A stretch of 64,000 nucleotides of DNA from Podarcis pityusensis. Lineage: Eukaryota. Both the position numbers and the translations under genes were made by a program. Each line of letters starts with the position of its first letter. Positions within the stretch are counted from its first letter, which is position 1. The stretch is taken from NCBI GenBank assembly GCA_964106645.2, contig OZ067045.1, one strand, 5' to 3'. The notes under the pieces were generated by a model. The model did not search any database. It was not told where the DNA came from and saw only the letters and a list, made by a program, of their open reading frames with translations. Of the stretch, positions 13,355 through 24,800 are shown in pieces.

Positions 13355-13371
13355 GTCCACTAGAGGGCACA
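13355..13371 (+). promoter_or_regulatory. CTCF-like motif in the CALB2 proximal promoter
   Basis: GTCCACTAGAGGGCAC matches the CTCF core consensus CCASYAGRKGGCR. Confidence 0.65.
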
Positions 13372-13413
13372 CAGGCTGTTGAGGAGGCGGCGGCGGCAGC
13401 AGCAACGGAAAGA

Positions 13414-13479
<66 letters not shown>
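13414..13479. repeat. Compound (GT)n(GA)n microsatellite
   Basis: Direct reading; ~90 bp upstream of the CALB2 TATA box. Confidence 0.95.
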
Positions 13480-13480
<1 letters not shown>

Positions 13481-15007
13481 GTAGGTCTGTGCCAGTGTGT
13501 GTTCTAATCTGGAAGTTCTACAACCTAATGAAAGCAAAGTACTTGGGTGCATGACAGATGACAGGGAGGGAAGTCTGCATGAAATATCTGAGTTACATCC
13601 GTTAAACATGTGCAACTCCTGGTTTCTGAACAGGGCAGCTAATCATCTGAGACAGTCTTCATAGTTATCAGACAGACCATGCATGGTCTGCCCCCAACAA
13701 AACCCACTGAAAATAATGAAGAAAAGCCATGTCATTTGTCTTGGGACAGTGGCAGCAGATGGCAGGATTGGCATAGGGATTTGTAGCATTTTCCGGGAAT
13801 GGAGAGGGCCAAAAAACAGGAGCAGGTGTAGCTGCTCCTGAGAAGTGATTCCTTCTCTGCCTCTCTTCCCCTGCAGCCACACAACTGGAACCTTTGGACA
13901 CCTTCCACTACCAACAGAGGATATCTGAACCAAACTGCAATTAGTTCTATAAGATTGTTCACCCCAGAGTTTGGCACATTCAGCATTTTGGACAGAGGAG
14001 ATCCCAAGTATTTCAGACTCTTGCCATGACCTTATCTGACTGGGAATGTGGCTACTGCTCCCTTGACATCCAATGATATACATGGGGTAGTTTGGGGGGT
14101 GGCATGCAATACGGTTAATCAGTGGGAGACTTTGCCGTAAAACTGGTGAGGCAGCAAATTGAGGGCACGTTTCCTGGGCATCTGGAGGGCGCCAGGTTGG
14201 TGAATGCTGGACTGCATCATGACTCAGTCTTGCAAGGGGAAAGCAACTGCAAGAGGCACCCTAACTTCTCCTGGGAAAGGGCTCCTCAACTGGCACCTGC
14301 TCACTGAGGAGGACATTGCCGTAGCCCCCTCTAACCTCCAAGGGCCAGCTGCTCCTATCCAGTCCTTTGCAGTACCAGGATTTGGTCAATGGGCTCAGTC
14401 AATCACCCCAACTGCAGTTTATCCAGCTTTTCACAATATTGTGGCAACAGAGGCCATTGGCTCCCCCCCCCCCGGGCTCCCTCTTTTCCGGGGTCATCCA
14501 TTTTCTGCTGGCTAGTCACTCAGCCAGACAGCCAGTCCTTGTGACAATGGCACATTGCAGGAAAGGTCCCTGCTCCTCCTCCCTCCCTCCCTCTAATTGC
14601 ACTGCCTCCTCTCTTTCTCACGCACACTAAGCATCACTTGACCCCACCAGCCCTGCCAGCTGGCTCATTTTTCACAGAGAAGAGTCCCTGCTTCCGCTAA
14701 CTCAGAGGTCGCTGGAGGATGCTGGGATCACACCATCCTCTTGCCGAAGGTGTCCCATTAGTGCAGTAGGATTCACCTAAATCTCTGGAAACAGAGCTAG
14801 AGGAAGAGGCATAGGGCAACTCTGGCCATAAGCTTTGCATTATGCACCAGAGCAAAAACTGGCATGTGCAAGCAGCCTTCAGACAGACAGAGAGAGAGAG
14901 AGAGAGAGAGAGAGGGCACAGCAAAGCAAAGCAAAGCAGAACTCTTCCGGTTCTGCTCCTTCTCCTTCTAAGTTCCCCATCCCATCCCTACATTATGTCA
15001 TGGGTAC

Positions 15008-15594
15008 CAATTTTGATGAAATTGAACAATAAGCAAAATTTACTCTGCCGGATGCAGAGTACAAAACTGTCAAAAGAAGGCAGAGAGTACACACACACCC
15101 CTATGATGGGACAGCACCTGAAGCCTTAGCCTTAGATGAACTTTCTCTGAGAGGCAAGTTTAGGGTAAATTCATTTATCCCTGTCATGCATGCTCTTGAA
15201 GCCAACCTAGACAGAAGAGCAAGGGGGTATAGGAGTGTACAGGAGTACGGCTAGCTATTTTTCATTTTGGGTGAACCTGCAAGCAACCGAGGAGCAGATT
15301 CACAATGGCATTGAGATTATTGATGCAAGAGTATCCAAAGGATGTTGACCTTAGTCTAGTCAATGAACTTTGCATTTCCACCTGTATGTCAAACTAGGTC
15401 ACGATGAAAAAGAAAATTTCAGCCACCAAGATATGTATCAAATAACATCCCAGGAGAAAATTCAAACAGCTTTTGCAAATGTGGAAACAATTTTCAGATT
15501 GTTCCTGAGTTTAATGGTTACAAACTGTACTAGCGAAAGATCATGTTCTAGACTAAAAAGGATAAAGAATGATCTACGGTCAACAATGTCCCAG
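15008..15594 (+). mobile_element. hAT transposase C-terminal remnant (dimerisation domain), disrupted
   Basis: ...AFANVETIFRLFLSLMVTNCTSERSCSRLKRIKNDLRSTMSQ fits the hATC motif ERxFSxLKRIKxxLRSTM; upstream fragment KFRVNSFIPVMHALEANLDRR; stops and frameshifts present. Confidence 0.85.
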
Positions 15595-16834
15595 GGTTCT
15601 GGGATGGTTGTGCAAGGTCTCTGAGAGGCTCTCATGAGATCTTGGACAGCCTTGGCCTTGCAAGATCTCAAGAGAACAGAGGGGTTGGTTTGGAGAAGGT
15701 CATTCTGATTTTGCACAATTTTGCCTTTATGCACAACCAATAGGACCATAACCCTCGTGTCAATTGCAATCACCCTGTATTTGATGATGTTGATGATGAT
15801 GATAGGCAAAGTTTTCTATACTGCCTACATTAATACTGCTGTGTAGGAACAACATAAAATCAACAGTAATATTACGTTAATGAAACAATCCAGAATACAT
15901 GCATCACCAGAGCACAGGTGAGCAGCACCAATGCAGCTCTCTCAGCACAGGTGTGGTGTGAGATGCTGTCCCCTTTCAGCCCCCGCAGCCATGTTCCCGC
16001 TGCTGCATTCTGTCCTAGCTGGGCTACCAGGTCAGTTCAAGGGACTGTCCCTCATAGAGTGCATTGCAGTAACCCAAGCTTGGAGGAATGTCCGGTTCCT
16101 GGAAAGGGCAGACAAGCTTTTATGCGAAGAAGAAACCATTATTCCTGGCAACTGCAAGAGGGTGGGTGTTCGAATAAAAACAAAGACTAAAAATCTTGCC
16201 TTTGTTAATGTTTTTAAATGATGCCATGCAGAAGAATTTGTTCTAAGGTCACTCACACAGACCTGCTTACTGAGAATTCATCCTGATTTGTTTGCACAAA
16301 GTTTGTGAGGATGACCTCAACTGTTGAACATCAATTCTGATTTGTTTGCCGGGAGGTTATATGGTGTTGCATCAAGCAATTGTTATCTCTCAACTTTGCA
16401 GTGCATTTCCCCATCACTCTGCTTATTGCAAAAAGTCTTTTTTTGGGGGGGGGGGATGGGTTGTTTGTGGAAGAACACCAAACCAACTTTAACTGACAAT
16501 CTGAATTTGCCTGTAAGTGATTGAATCCACTGGCAACCACCTGGAAGCACCACAAGTATTGTGAGAGATGGCTTCAAAAGTGCATTTTCCTCCTGCTTTC
16601 CAGGTGGCTGGGGGCAACAGTGGTGGTGGGGAGATGAGCCTATCTTCTGGGTTGTGGGGAGGTGAGCAAATAAAGGAGTGAGTAACTTTTAGCATATCTC
16701 CCAGCTTAATACTCCCAGAAAGCGTCTGGTGTTCCTTTGTTTAACTTTGAATTTATAAGTGATTGGGGAAGATGGCAAAGATTTACAGGAAAAGGAGACA
16801 GTAATCCATGGATTTGGTAAGTATTACAGCTTCT

Positions 16835-16885
<51 letters not shown>

Positions 16886-19046
16886 CATTGCTTGTGTTAA
16901 CATGCCTTGCCAAATTAATAGAAGGGATGTTCCATTCTTCCCTCACAAGGCCGAAATAGGGCTTCCCTCCTCAGGTGCAGGCTACCTTTCTTATAGCAAA
17001 AGCTGGATGTTAGCGGTACTTTGTAACTGTTACTCAGCTCTGCCTCCATCCTTAGGGGGAAATACAGGTTTTCTTTGTAGGTGGCAGATAGGAATAAAGA
17101 GAAACCAGATGGTCCTCTTTATTAACAAAGCTGTGGTGAATTTTAGGTGGGGTGCAAAGGGGCGAAAAAGGCAATAGAGGCAATAGAAGCTACACTGGAT
17201 AGCTTTACCTAGTAGAGGGAAAGAATAAAGTCCCACTGGCAGATGGTACATGCAGTAGCGGCCTGTTAGGTGGCACATGGGGCACTGTTGCTCTCCTGGC
17301 TTCCCAACACAAGAGGTCGCTAGCACTTAGCAAGAGGGAGAGGGGAGCGAGCGAGCGAGTGAGATGCAGAGAGTATGGCACAGTGCTGCATATGGTGATG
17401 GAGCCAATCTGACACTCCCACCATCTTGTGCCACACTGCATCATACTCTCTGCACCTTTCCCCTTTCGGTAAGTGCCAGGGGCCCTTTGTGTTGGGAATC
17501 TGGGAGAGCAACAGTGCCCTACCCACACCACCTCACCCGCAAATACTGGGTGCAAGATCCTCTTCCTCAAGTTTTGGATCCTGCTGTTGTATGGCTAATG
17601 TCCAGCTAATGTGCTTCACAGAACTGTTCTCTCTTTTTAAAACCCCACCTAGAAGATGGTCCCATTTCAGGAGAAGAGAGTGAGGTTTCCATAGAGGTTT
17701 CCTGCAGTGCCAGTTATCGTTTGGATTGTTTGCAAAATCTGCTTTCTGACATTTCCTGCCACTTACAAAATATCCAGACCCTAAGCAAGATCTTCCTTCT
17801 TTTCCATCACCTGCTCTGACAACTGCTCTCATCTGGAGGGAAAGTGCATTGCCATGGATACCAGAGGGAAAAGAAGGCAGGTTCCAAAAGAAAATGTTTG
17901 TCAGACATAAATGGTTAATTAAAGATTAAAGGAACACTGAATGGTTCTAGAGTGCTCAGGGGTGGAAAGAAAGAGCTCTCTGTCTCCTGGGGTGAACACT
18001 GAATAGCCGCTCAGGCTGTACAGGTAGCACTAAGTGTCTCTGTGTGGCACACTTCGATGGAGTTGTTTGTTGGGGGGGGCGGAATACAGGAGGGACTAGG
18101 TCTGATGTAGCTTAGTGGTGCCACCTAGAGTGTCTGGGATTCTTACGCCTGAAGTTAACCTTGAATGGACAGCTATTTACTATAATGTACAGTCTCTGAA
18201 TAAATATCTTCCAGCTGAGCTCTTCAAAACAGTGGATCAACTGGTCTCAGCTGGGCAGACCTTTTGAAATGTATGCTCAGAGTGATCAGGGAGCTGGAAC
18301 TAACCTCTCAGTATCAGAGATGGAGCAGATTTCATGATTAGGCCGAATGGCCCATCTCAGAATAGAGCTGTCACTAAAACTTTCCCCATTGTGCTAAAAT
18401 AGTATGGCTCAGCTACATGTTTGTGTTCTAATGCTAGTTCCCAAGGTTCTGCCAAAAAAGCAGAAGAAAGTTACGGGTTTTGAGAACATAAAACTTTCCT
18501 CTTTGTTTATATTTTTTCCTAGAGCTGGGGTAGAGGAAAGGGTCCTGAGGGAAAGGGATTCAGAAACTCCCTCCTACAGATGACAGTGCAAGCTTCTCTT
18601 CTCAGGCTGATAGCAGGGATGGCGAGCGGTGATGATTTTTGGTGGGACAGATGCACAGGAGGAAAGTATTAAACCACTTGCCATAAGCTAGAGTCCGCCT
18701 CCTCCTGCAAGACACTATTCTTAAAGTGGGGAAAGAGCCACATGAAACCCATCCCTGCATTTCGCCTCTCCTCTGTTTTGGGTCTCAGATACAGTATTGC
18801 CTGAAGTCAGAAAGATAGACAGGTGCATTCTTTGCTCTGAGAGCTTCAAATGATAGCTAGGAAGAGGGGGAAAGGAGGGAGGCCTTTGCAAGCAGCTGAA
18901 TGTCTATATTAATTATTAAGGGAATGATATGGCTGCATGGATATAAATATTTCACTCTTTCCAGTTCAGTGCCTTTCTGACAGGGCAGCGATGATCTAAA
19001 GGAAGAAGTGAGGCCTTTTAACATTATTACCATCATCATTATAGTA

Positions 19047-19266
19047 TTACATTTATATTCCATCTCTTCTCCAACGAGCTTGAGGTGGGGTGCACACTTC
19101 TCTCCTCCTCCATTTTATCCTCACAACAACCCTGTGAAGTAGGTTAGGCTGAGAGATAGTGACTGGCCCAAGGTCACTCACAGGCATTCATGGTTGAGTG
19201 GGGATTTGAACCCTGTTCTCCCAGGTCCTAGCTGGACACTCTAACCACTGTACTGCACTGGCTCTC
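19047..19266 (-). mobile_element. Older Squam3/MIR-like SINE (relatives at ~3570-3722, 25548-25745, 53020-53130)
   Basis: Shared core cctcacaacaaccctgtga...ggcccaaggtcac...tttgaaccc. Confidence 0.8.
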
Positions 19267-19562
19267 AAAGTGGTCTCTTCAGTTCACTGGTCTGTTTTAC
19301 AGTGAAAACACCAGGATAACAAGCTCCAGGAAGGAGGAGCTGCTCCATTGAATCATGGAGGCAGAAAGTTCCACCTGCCTGCATTGTATCCGGAGGGCAG
19401 GACACCTGCTCCCCAGTTCCCTGGTCAGCCCTCAGAGCAAGTTCCCATTGGAGCTTGCCAGGCAGAGAGATGGCTCAAGAAGGGTGTCAGGCTACACCCC
19501 TGAGGGAAAGCAGAGCCAATATCACATACGGTACCTAGAACTAAAATGATTTCGATTATGTA

Positions 19563-19564
<2 letters not shown>

Positions 19565-19604
<40 letters not shown>
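19565..19604. repeat. (AAT)n microsatellite
   Basis: Direct reading. Confidence 0.95.
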
Positions 19605-19606
<2 letters not shown>

Positions 19607-21530
19607 TCTTAATATCTGTTTAGCTAGTTGGGACACTGCTTTATACATATTAATTTTATTGTTATTAATTTATTTTTTAATTCCTAAAATTTATACACTT
19701 GATAGTAAAATCTTTTTTACTTTATGGTAAAAAAAACCCAAAGCATTTTACAAAAAGTTTTTTTAAAAAATGAATAAAAAAAATGAAAGACCACTCTTTT
19801 TTCTCCCCTGGAAAGATTAAAAATCCAGAAGTAAACAATTGAAAAGGCTATAAACTGTCCATTTGCTATCCGGGAACTAAACTGGTCTTTGTTAATTTTT
19901 CCCAAACATATTTCCTCTTATAATCCAAAACGAGTTAGGGAACATTTTCTTTAAACATGCTGAAAGTTCAGCCAAGTGTCCATGAGTTATTGTGGACCTG
20001 CTCTGACTGTGCTTATGTAAGTCGGCAATGGGAGAAGTCTATGGGAGTCCACACTGTTGCATTGGAAACATGAAGAAGGATTAGCCATAGTGCTGCCTGC
20101 TGTAGTACTCGTTTTACTTCACTATGCTCCACTGTATATATTTTTCCATAAAATAAATATTACAAAGACATGGGAGTGTTTAACTAAGTCTATTCAGAGC
20201 AGCCCCATTGAAATTAAGGAACCTAAGCTACTGATGTCTATTAACTTCAGCTGGTCTACTCTGAGTAGAAATAGCATTGTATACCATCTCTTAAGTCTCC
20301 TATGTCCTCCCATCCAAAGGAAATGAAAGCCTTTAATGCTGCCCTGGAATTCTCGCTGCTCGGATAAGTGGGGAAGCACTTAACAATGCATTTTTGCTCA
20401 TCTTTTATTAGCAAAGACATTCACTCTTTGAGAAAAGCATGTGGATTTGGGTCACTATCTGGTAAGGTTTGGTTTCACGAAACAAAAATTATTTTAGACA
20501 GCCTGGGGCAAACACAGTTTTGCTCTAAAAGGTTGCTTGACAGCTCCAGAATGGTTTCTATCATGCTAGGTGGGAGTTGAGTCTGAGAATACACTCTGCC
20601 ATCCAACTTTTTGTTTTATTATATATTTTGTGCTTTCATTTTGTTGCATGGTGTAATCTCAAAGCTGTGAACATGTACATTCTTTAGTGACAGGGTTGGC
20701 CACAACAACTATGGGCTCAAGAGGTAGACCAAAGAGCAGCTGTAACCATTGTTATGTGTTGTGCCATATTTGTACCAATTTCCCAAAAATTTCAGTGCAA
20801 AACAGGATGGCAGGTCAAATGCACAATGTACAAATGATACAGACAAGGCCAAAGTTATATGTGGCTAGCTGTGATAGACAGTATATCCTGAAACATTCAT
20901 CAGATAATGCTTTCACGTATAACCTGTTCAGCATAAGTGAAGCTGGTATAATTACCACTGCAACACCCAAAAGCGTTTCCATACATTGATCTCAGTAGGA
21001 GCAGTTGACCTAGGAGGCATTTTGACCTTGGCAACATTACTTCCAGAGCTGACCAGTGACATAAAGACCAGCGGCCTGACATGCAGGGGTAATGGCACTC
21101 CTGCGTTTAGCCCACAGTTCATATTGTGATCCAGGAAGCTTGATCTGACTAAACAGGGTGCACAAAGACAATGTTCTTGCTCTTGTAACTCTAAAATGCT
21201 TACTGTGAACTCTGTCAGTGACCTACTATGTAATATCATTTCCTGGGAGCAGATTGCATATCCCTTGTGCCACACAGAAATGCTCCAGACTGGAGAACCT
21301 GAAACCGTGTTTGTAAACCATCACCTTAACAACATTTGCAAATACGAAGGAGTGGAAAGCCAATACACTGGAGCAAGAACCTTAAGCCTGGTGAAATATT
21401 CAAGTTAAGCCACAAGGACCTAGGTTAGAATAATCATTCCTGGGACTCAAAACTGTTATTTTATCCCCCGTTACAACTGTTGTTGTTGCTGCTGCTACTA
21501 CTAATCTTAATAATGCAGTCAATGAACATT

Positions 21531-21667
21531 GCAAGAGTAGAGCATCTTTTGCATGCAAAAAGTCCCAGGTTTAATCCCTGGTATCTCCATGTAGGGCTGA
21601 CAGAGACCCCTGTCTGAAAGCCTAGCGAGCTGCTGCCAGTCAGTGTAGACTATACTGAGCTAGATGA
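21531..21667 (+). mobile_element. tRNA(Ala)-like SINE fragment
   Basis: gtagagcatc..tgcatgca..gtcccaggtttaatccctgg head; body shared with the 24125 and 48400 copies. Confidence 0.7.
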
Positions 21668-21971
21668 GTGACACCCAAGTCCCCACCTCTCTCTTTCTCT
21701 CTCCCGAGACACAAAAACATTGTTGGCTCCTATGTTTTCCCAAAAGTTGAAAATGTTATCCTTGATGTTGCTAGACTAAAATATTCTCACCTTAATCTCT
21801 TTACTTTTTCATTCGAACACCGTTTTTTAAATCACTGTGCTCAGTGTGAGATTTTTACCATGGAATTAATAGTATGCTGCTAATGCTACTCTAGTCAGAT
21901 AAGGAAGAGGTCAATTTGCTTGTCTGCTACTGAACCAAAGTCACAAATGAAGTGTGGTAGTGTTGAGAAGT

Positions 21972-22034
21972 GCCTGGCGTGCTCTGGTCCATGGGGTCAC
22001 AAAGAGTCAGACACGACTAAACAACTAAACAACA
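21972..22034 (+). mobile_element. BovB/RTE LINE 3' terminus (63 bp)
   Basis: gcctggcgtgctctggtccatggggtcacaaagagtcagacacgact..aacaac; 13-bp TSD AGTGTTGAGAAGT (21959-21971, 22035-22047). Confidence 0.88.
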
Positions 22035-22620
22035 AGTGTTGAGAAGTTATTCGTTCCTTCTGCCAAGATTGTCTAGGCGTGCATGCACTTTCTGTCTCTG
22101 TCTCTGTCTCTCTCTCACACACAGCCATAAAGTACATTCATTGTCTTCTGCAGATTTTTTTTTTTTTTTTTTTTGGGTCAGTGTACAGACATTGTTGTCT
22201 TTATATTGTTGGTAAATTATTTGGTGTTCTGAAAGCACCTTTTGGTAGAATGGTTATAAGCCATATTACATTTTTACAACACAATCTGAAGCCCCCGTTG
22301 CCTTGTGTGAAAACTGAGAACACCTTCTCAGGGACCCTCCTATTGTGGAGAGTACTATGATGTTGTTGGGCTGCGTATGTGTAGCCCCTCCTCCCCATTG
22401 CTTTGGAGATTAGCCTGAGTCATTTGGCAGGGGTGGACTTTGGTAATCTTTCATAATATGGTGCCCTGTGCAAGATCAAAATTTGGTACACCAAAATGGA
22501 TCTTCTCTATTATGGATCTTCTCAGGCCTCAGACAAGCTCTGCACAGGCCTGTGAATTCCTGAATACTGCATTACAGTATAGAGATCAGTTCAACCTCCT
22601 CTCTGTAGCAAAATGACAGT

Positions 22621-22871
22621 AGAAGAAGAAGAGTTTGGATTTGATATCCCGCCTTTCACTCCCTTTAAGGAGTCTCAAAGCGGCTAACAATCTCCTTTTC
22701 CCTTCCTCCCCCACAACAAACACTCTGTGAGGTGAGTGGGGCTGAGAGACTTCAAAGAAGTATGACTGGCCCAAGGTCACCCAGCAGCTGCATGTGGAGG
22801 AGCGGAGACGCGAACCCGGTTCCCCAGATTACGAGACTACCGCTCTTAACCACTACACCACACTGGCTCTC
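22621..22871 (-). mobile_element. tRNA-derived SINE, Squam3-like, young copy
   Basis: Minus strand begins GAGAGCCAGTGTGGTGTAGTGGTTAAGAGCG (A box), has a GGTTCGCGTCT B-box-like motif and a (TTC)n tail; CpGs retained. Confidence 0.85.
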
Positions 22872-23618
22872 AAGGAAATTTCAGTTGTGGTACTTCTTTG
22901 TTTCTCTTTATGCTCCACAGGCTCCAAGTGTCTCTGAAAGGATCTGACAGCCTTATTAGAGGATCTGATGGCCTCAATACACTATCCAAAACCCACAATC
23001 TACCTTTATAGGACCCTATTGGGTAGTGGGAAATTTGATGTGAAAGCCTCTAGAGAGGACTAGAACAGAGAGTTTGACTGGCCATTACACTTGAGACAAT
23101 GGCAGACTGTGTTGGCCTCCAGAAGGTTTTGCTCACAGGCTGCTCCTAATCCAGCAAAAACTTGTATTTCTGGCATATTGGACTCATCATCACCTTTGTC
23201 AGAAATGTCTTTCACCTATAGATACCTTCTAGTGCTGCAGTACACCAGGGGCAGCATTGAGGTAGGTTGTGGGAGGGGGAATTAGTTTGCATCCTCACCA
23301 GTACAATGTATTTTATTTTATTTTAGTTTAGTTTATTTTGTTCTTTCCTTTTAGCCACTGCCAAAACTGGCGAGGTCACCCTTGTAGCACACTATGCTGG
23401 ATTGGTGTGGAGAGCAGGGAAATCACAGTGTCTTTGCAGGCTTGCTGTGGCCCAACTTCCCCAATCAATACTGGTATCCTTGTCGGAGCAAGAACAACAA
23501 ATAACAGTTCAAAAAGAAATTAGAAACCCCAGCTAGTCCAATGTTGCTTTAAGGCGCTTCTAGTCTTCCTCCTCTCACTCCCTGGGGCTAATGGCTAAGG
23601 CTTGCCTGCCAGCCAGCA

Positions 23619-23695
23619 GTTGCCATGGCGCTGGAAGGCCTGCAGCCTTCTGTGTATGCGCCCTGCCAGAGGGAAGGCCCTGTTGCTATGGGAAC
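23619..23695 (+). promoter_or_regulatory. HYDIN promoter region with two RFX X-box motifs
   Basis: GTTGCCATGGCG (23619-23630) and GTTGCTATGGGAAC (23682-23695) resemble the X-box GTTGCCATGGCAAC. RFX factors are established regulators of motile-cilia genes. Confidence 0.65.
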
Positions 23696-23803
23696 CAGAG
23701 TAACAGCCACAGGCCGGCAGGGAGAAAGAAGGCCTAGAAGTTGTGGAGCTGCTCTGGAGGCAGCAGCAGCAGTCGTAGCAGCAGTAGCAGGAGGACCAGG
23801 CAA
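23696..23803 (+). other. HYDIN: Probable HYDIN non-coding exon 1 (5' limit uncertain)
   Basis: GC-richer, GCA-repeat segment next to the X-boxes, ending at a donor CAA|GTAAGT (23804), 3.4 kb before the ATG-bearing exon. Confidence 0.55.
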
Positions 23804-24124
23804 GTAAGTGCTCAGCCAGCCTTTGTCTGCTCTCTTGGTCTGGAATGGCTGAGGATGGGCTGCTGGGCCCTGGGGCACCTGCTCAACGTCCTTGGAGACC
23901 TCCTTGCTCATGTCCTTGCTTGGACTGGTACCTGGCATTTGCACTCAAGGAACTTGTGGTGTGGGGAGAGGGTTGATTAGGCCCAGCCTTTGAATGCATG
24001 CATGGGGCAGGGACGAAAAGCCTCAGTGTTACAGGGAAGGGCCACAGTGAGGGGTGGCCTACTGGGCTCTAGGAAGTAGCGATGGAGGAGGCAGCTGCCT
24101 CGGAAAGATGGGGTAGCATCACGA

Positions 24125-24297
24125 GAGGGTGTGCTTTGCATGCAGTAGATCCCACGTCCCCACAGCATCTGCAGGTAGGGCTAGCAATGGCCCCTGCCTG
24201 AAACCCTGCAGAGCCCGGCTGCCAGTAAGTAGAGATTGCAGAGCTAGATAGACCCAACGGTTTGACTCGGTATAAGGCAGCTTCCTATGTTCTTATG
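24125..24297 (+). mobile_element. tRNA(Ala)-like SINE with CR1-like tail
   Basis: Same body as the 21531 copy; ends ggtataaggcagcttcctatgttcttatg. Confidence 0.7.
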
Positions 24298-24439
24298 AGA
24301 AACCAATTGCTCACTAAGGTGCTAGCACGCTTTTGAATCCAGACAGGTTGTTATAGGGAGTTATTCTGGATTTGAAAGCACAAGGCTATAAGCTATTATT
24401 TATTAAGAATACCTGTAGACTGCTCTTTAGCCTCACACA

Positions 24440-24800
24440 GGGCATAGTTGAACTATGGAACTCCCTTCCACAGGAGGCAGTGATGGCCACCAATTTGGAT
24501 GGCTTAAGAATCATAGAATCGTAGAATTTAGAGTTGGAAGGGGCTCAAGGGTCATCTAGTCCAACCCCCTGCAATGCCGGAAACTTGCCCAACATGGGAC
24601 TCAACATGGGGCTATGAATGGCTACTAGCTATGATGGTTATGCTCTACCTCCATAGTCAGAGGCATTAATGCTTCTGAAGCCCAGTTGCTGGAAACCACA
24701 GATGGGGAAAGGACTCTTGTGCTCAGGTCCTACTTGCAAGCTTCACAGGCAACTGTGAGAACAGAATGCTGGACTGGATGGACCATTAGCTCATCCAGTT
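24440..24800. mobile_element. CR1 3' fragments, one nested in the opposite orientation
   Basis: tggaactcccttccacaggaggcagtgatggccaccaatttggatggct interrupted by atcatagaatcgtagaatttagagttggaagg. Confidence 0.7.

Larger units (their letters stand above)
17720..21340 (+). pseudogene. Possible very decayed CMTR2 relic
   Basis: Short colinear peptide matches to recalled human CMTR2, interrupted by stops, at the syntenic position and strand (details in findings). Individually weak; could be chance. Confidence 0.3.

Noticed and set aside
22830-22871. tRNA gene
   Set aside because: It is the tRNA-derived head of a SINE with body and tail attached. The same applies to 21531, and to the 5S-like piece at 51000.
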